DNA of 64,000 bases, taken from the NCBI GenBank assembly GCA_050250955.1, contig JBFWNR010000005.1, positions 191,911-255,910 on the forward strand. The letters are read 5' to 3'. How positions within the stretch are numbered: position 1 is the first letter of the stretch; each line of letters begins with the position of its first letter. Made by a program: the position numbers and the translations under genes. The DNA comes from Vicinamibacterales bacterium. Lineage in GTDB: Bacteria; Acidobacteriota; Vicinamibacteria; Vicinamibacterales; UBA2999. Positions 61,923 to 64,000 of this stretch are shown here, piece by piece. Under the pieces are notes generated by a model. That model saw only the letters and a list, made by a program, of their open reading frames with translations, was not told the origin of the DNA and ran no database searches.

Positions 61923-63674
61923 GTGCCACCGCCGCCGCCCGCCCCGACTCCCCCCGCCAGGCCCCGGATCTGGATCGCCCACCCCTGGGTGGATCTGCTG
62001 GTCGGCTGCGGCGGCTGGTCGCTGCCGCTGCTGGCGCTGTCCTACGGCCTCGCCGGCGACAGCGCCCGCGACTGGGCGGGCGCGTTCTACGCCCTGGCGC
62101 TGGTGGCCAACTACCCGCACTACATGGCGACGGTGTATCGCGCCTACGGCGCCGCCGACCGTGCCGCCCACCGCCTCTACACGGTCTACCTGACCGCCGG
62201 GCTCGTCGCCATCGGCGTCGCCGCCCACGTCGACCTCCGGCTGCTGCCGGTGCTCTTCACCGCCTACGTGATGTGGAGCCCGTGGCACTACAGCGGGCAG
62301 AACTACGGCTTGTCGATGATGTTCGCCCGGCGTGCCGGGCTGGCGGTGACGCCGTCGCGGGCGAAGCGGCTCAAGCTGGCGTTCGCCGCCTCGTTCGTGA
62401 TGCTGCTGGCCGCGTTCAACGAGGGCGCGTCGGCGGATCCGATGGTGCTGTCGCTCGCCCTGCCCGACACGGCGACCCGCGTCGTCGGCTGGAGCGCCGC
62501 CGCCGTGTTCCTCGGCGTGGGTGGTTCGGCGCTGTGGCCGATGGCGCGCGACGCCGGCTGGCGCGCGGCGCCGACGCTGCTGTTGTTCCTCACCCAGGGG
62601 CTGTGGTTCGTGGCGCCGATCGCCGTGGCGTGGGCCACCAGCGCACCGACGCCGCAGACCCGCTACAGCTCAGGCATCCTCGCCGTGATGCACTCGGCGC
62701 AGTACCTGTGGATCACCCAGTACTTCGCCCGCCGCGACCAGGGCGCAGCGTGGCGGCGGTGGGCCTACTGGGCGGCGATCGTCGTTGGCGGGATGGCGCT
62801 CTTCGTCCCGGTGCCGTGGCTGGCCAGCTATCTCGGCCGCGTCGACTTCACGGCCAGCGTCCTCGTCGTCACCGCGGTGGTGAACCTCCACCACTTCATG
62901 ATCGACGGCGTGGTGTGGAAGCTGCGCGACCCGCGCGTCGGGCGGACGCTCAGCGGGGACGCCACCGCTGCCCTGGTACCGGAGCCGGCGCCGACGCCCG
63001 CGTCGTCGCCGGCGGCCCGCCCGCGTTGGCGGCTCGTCGTGGCCGGCGTGGCCGCGGCGGCGCTGGTCGCCCTCGCCGGGCTCGACCAGTGGCGCTACCG
63101 GCTGGCCCTGCGTGACGCGGACCCCGCGGCGCTGGCGGCGGCGGTGCGCGTCAATCCCTACGACGCAGTGGTCGAGGCCCGCCTGGTGCGGGCGCTGACC
63201 GCACGGGGCGACGAGGCGGCGCTGCGCGCCCATTTCGAGGCCCGGCTCGCCCGTGACCCCGCCGACGTCGACACCCTGGTCAACGCCGGGGTGCTTGCCC
63301 GCCGCCAGGGCCGGCTCGCCGAGGCCGAGCGGCACTGGACCGATGCCGTGGGACACGACCCGGGGCTCACGGTGGTGCAGCTGTATCTCGCCGAGCTCTT
63401 CGACGAGCAGGGACGCGCCACCGCGGCCGCCGGGCGGTATCGCCGCTGGCTCGAACGCGTCGCGGCCGGAGCGCCGGACGCCCCACGAGACGCCGCAGTC
63501 GTCGCCCCTGTGGTGCTCAAGTTCGGCGACGCCCTGCTGCGCGCCGGACACCCCGACGAAGCCCGCACGCAGTTCGCCCTGGCGGCGTCGATCGCCCGGC
63601 GGGCCGGCCTGGCCGACCTCGAACGCGCCGCCCGTGAGAGGGGTCAGACCCCATTCAAGCCAGGCCTTGAATAG
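61923..63674 (+). CDS. polytopic membrane protein with His-rich motifs fused to a C-terminal TPR domain; function unknown
   Basis: About 10 hydrophobic segments are present. The His motifs are NYPHYMATVYRAY, SPWHYSGQNYG, HSAQYLWITQYF and NLHHFMIDGVVWKLR. The C-terminal approximately 190 aa are TPR-like. The GTG start at 61923 is tentative. Confidence 0.6.
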   Translation: MPPPPPAPTPPARPRIWIAHPWVDLLVGCGGWSLPLLALSYGLAGDSARDWAGAFYALALVANYPHYMATVYRAYGAADRAAHRLYTVYLTAGLVAIGVAAHVDLRLLPVLFTAYVMWSPWHYSGQNYGLSMMFARRAGLAVTPSRAKRLKLAFAASFVMLLAAFNEGASADPMVLSLALPDTATRVVGWSAAAVFLGVGGSALWPMARDAGWRAAPTLLLFLTQGLWFVAPIAVAWATSAPTPQTRYSSGILAVMHSAQYLWITQYFARRDQGAAWRRWAYWAAIVVGGMALFVPVPWLASYLGRVDFTASVLVVTAVVNLHHFMIDGVVWKLRDPRVGRTLSGDATAALVPEPAPTPASSPAARPRWRLVVAGVAAAALVALAGLDQWRYRLALRDADPAALAAAVRVNPYDAVVEARLVRALTARGDEAALRAHFEARLARDPADVDTLVNAGVLARRQGRLAEAERHWTDAVGHDPGLTVVQLYLAELFDEQGRATAAAGRYRRWLERVAAGAPDAPRDAAVVAPVVLKFGDALLRAGHPDEARTQFALAASIARRAGLADLERAARERGQTPFKPGLE

Positions 63675-63687
63675 GGGTCTGACCCCT
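63639..63687. repeat. REP-like palindromic element, family B: 21-bp stem (one bulge), AGGGGTCAGACCCCATTCAAG-ccaggc-CTTGAATAGGGGTCTGACCCCT
   Basis: Read directly from the sequence. It overlaps the last codons and the stop of the membrane/TPR gene. Confidence 0.85.
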
Positions 63688-63752
63688 TTCTTGACGGGGC
63701 CGGACTCGTCGCAGCTTCTGCGATCTCGCCCGCTGACGCCGATCGCCGCTCG

Positions 63753-63758
63753 TACAAT
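63753..63758 (+). promoter_or_regulatory. -10-like TACAAT box 8 nt upstream of ATG 63767
   Basis: The sequence reads TACAAT-ctcagccc-ATG. Confidence 0.4.
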
Positions 63759-63766
63759 CTCAGCCC

Positions 63767-64000
63767 ATGCGCTGCGCGTCGCTCCCCCTCCTCTGCCTGC
63801 TGTTTCCGCTCGCCGCCACCGCCCAGTCACAGACCGAACCGTTCTGGCCGGGGGCGCAATACGACCCGAAGATCCCGACCCTGCAGCAGGTCGTCGGGCA
63901 CGCGCCCGGCGAGGAGATCACCTCGCCCGAGCAGGTGGCCACCTACCTGCGTGCGCTGGCCCAGGCGGCGCCGGATCGCACCCGCCTGGTCGAGTACGCC
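63767..64000 (+). CDS. N-terminus of a secreted protein, probably an M14-family zinc carboxypeptidase; 3' end lies outside the window
   Basis: The frame is open to the window end. The signal peptide is MRCASLPLLCLLFPLAATAQ. The following sequence WPGAQYDPKIPTLQQVVGHAPGEEITSPEQVATYLRALAQAAPDRTRLVEYA resembles the N-termini of M14 peptidases as I remember them. Confidence 0.55.
   Translation, partial: MRCASLPLLCLLFPLAATAQSQTEPFWPGAQYDPKIPTLQQVVGHAPGEEITSPEQVATYLRALAQAAPDRTRLVEYA

Overview
High-GC (roughly 70%) bacterial chromosomal segment, gene-dense, with about 48 protein-coding genes. I found no rRNA, tRNA, CRISPR array, transposase or integrase. The gene content (BNR/sortilin-like and SBBP beta-propeller proteins, many Sec/TAT-secreted peptidases and serine hydrolases) suggests a soil Acidobacteriota- or Gemmatimonadota-like organism, but this is a guess. 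All product calls come from motif recognition in the translations, not from database searches.

Main blocks:
- (1) 1-3851: CO-dehydrogenase/xanthine-oxidase-family locus (CoxL C-terminus, coxM, coxD, coxE, coxG).
- (2) 3883-15127: assorted hydrolases, a bactofilin, a BNR protein and a methyltransferase.
- (3) 15129-18727: a GrdB-like gene with an in-frame TGA (candidate selenoprotein), divergent from an alanine/glycine:cation symporter, then argG.
- (4) 18750-22792: three tandem paralogous secreted propeller-FN3 genes. They share a homogenised C-terminus and leader. A (CAGTT)5 microsatellite sits at the first start codon, and the second copy is frameshifted.
- (5) 28280-42885: a collagen-like protein with two tail-tube-like domains, a TPR-CHAT protease, a zf-HC2 anti-sigma, an ECF sigma, a 7TMR-DISM kinase, a LuxR-type regulator, an SBBP protein and a 1344-aa LCAT-like lipase/PKD protein.
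- (6) 42978-46974: an hcrCAB-like 4-hydroxybenzoyl-CoA-reductase-type molybdenum enzyme.
- (7) 47069-64000: a hydrolase-rich stretch (RidA, three beta-lactamase-fold hydrolases, CocE/NonD, M28, PlsC, a domain-permuted aconitase-family fusion, creatininase, NHL, GH88-like, a membrane/TPR protein, M14).

Non-coding signals:
- Two families of REP-like palindromic elements.
- At least ten genes with a TAnnnT -10-like box 6-9 nt upstream of the start codon (leaderless-type architecture).

Many long alternative-frame ORFs in the supplied track are GC artefacts and were rejected.
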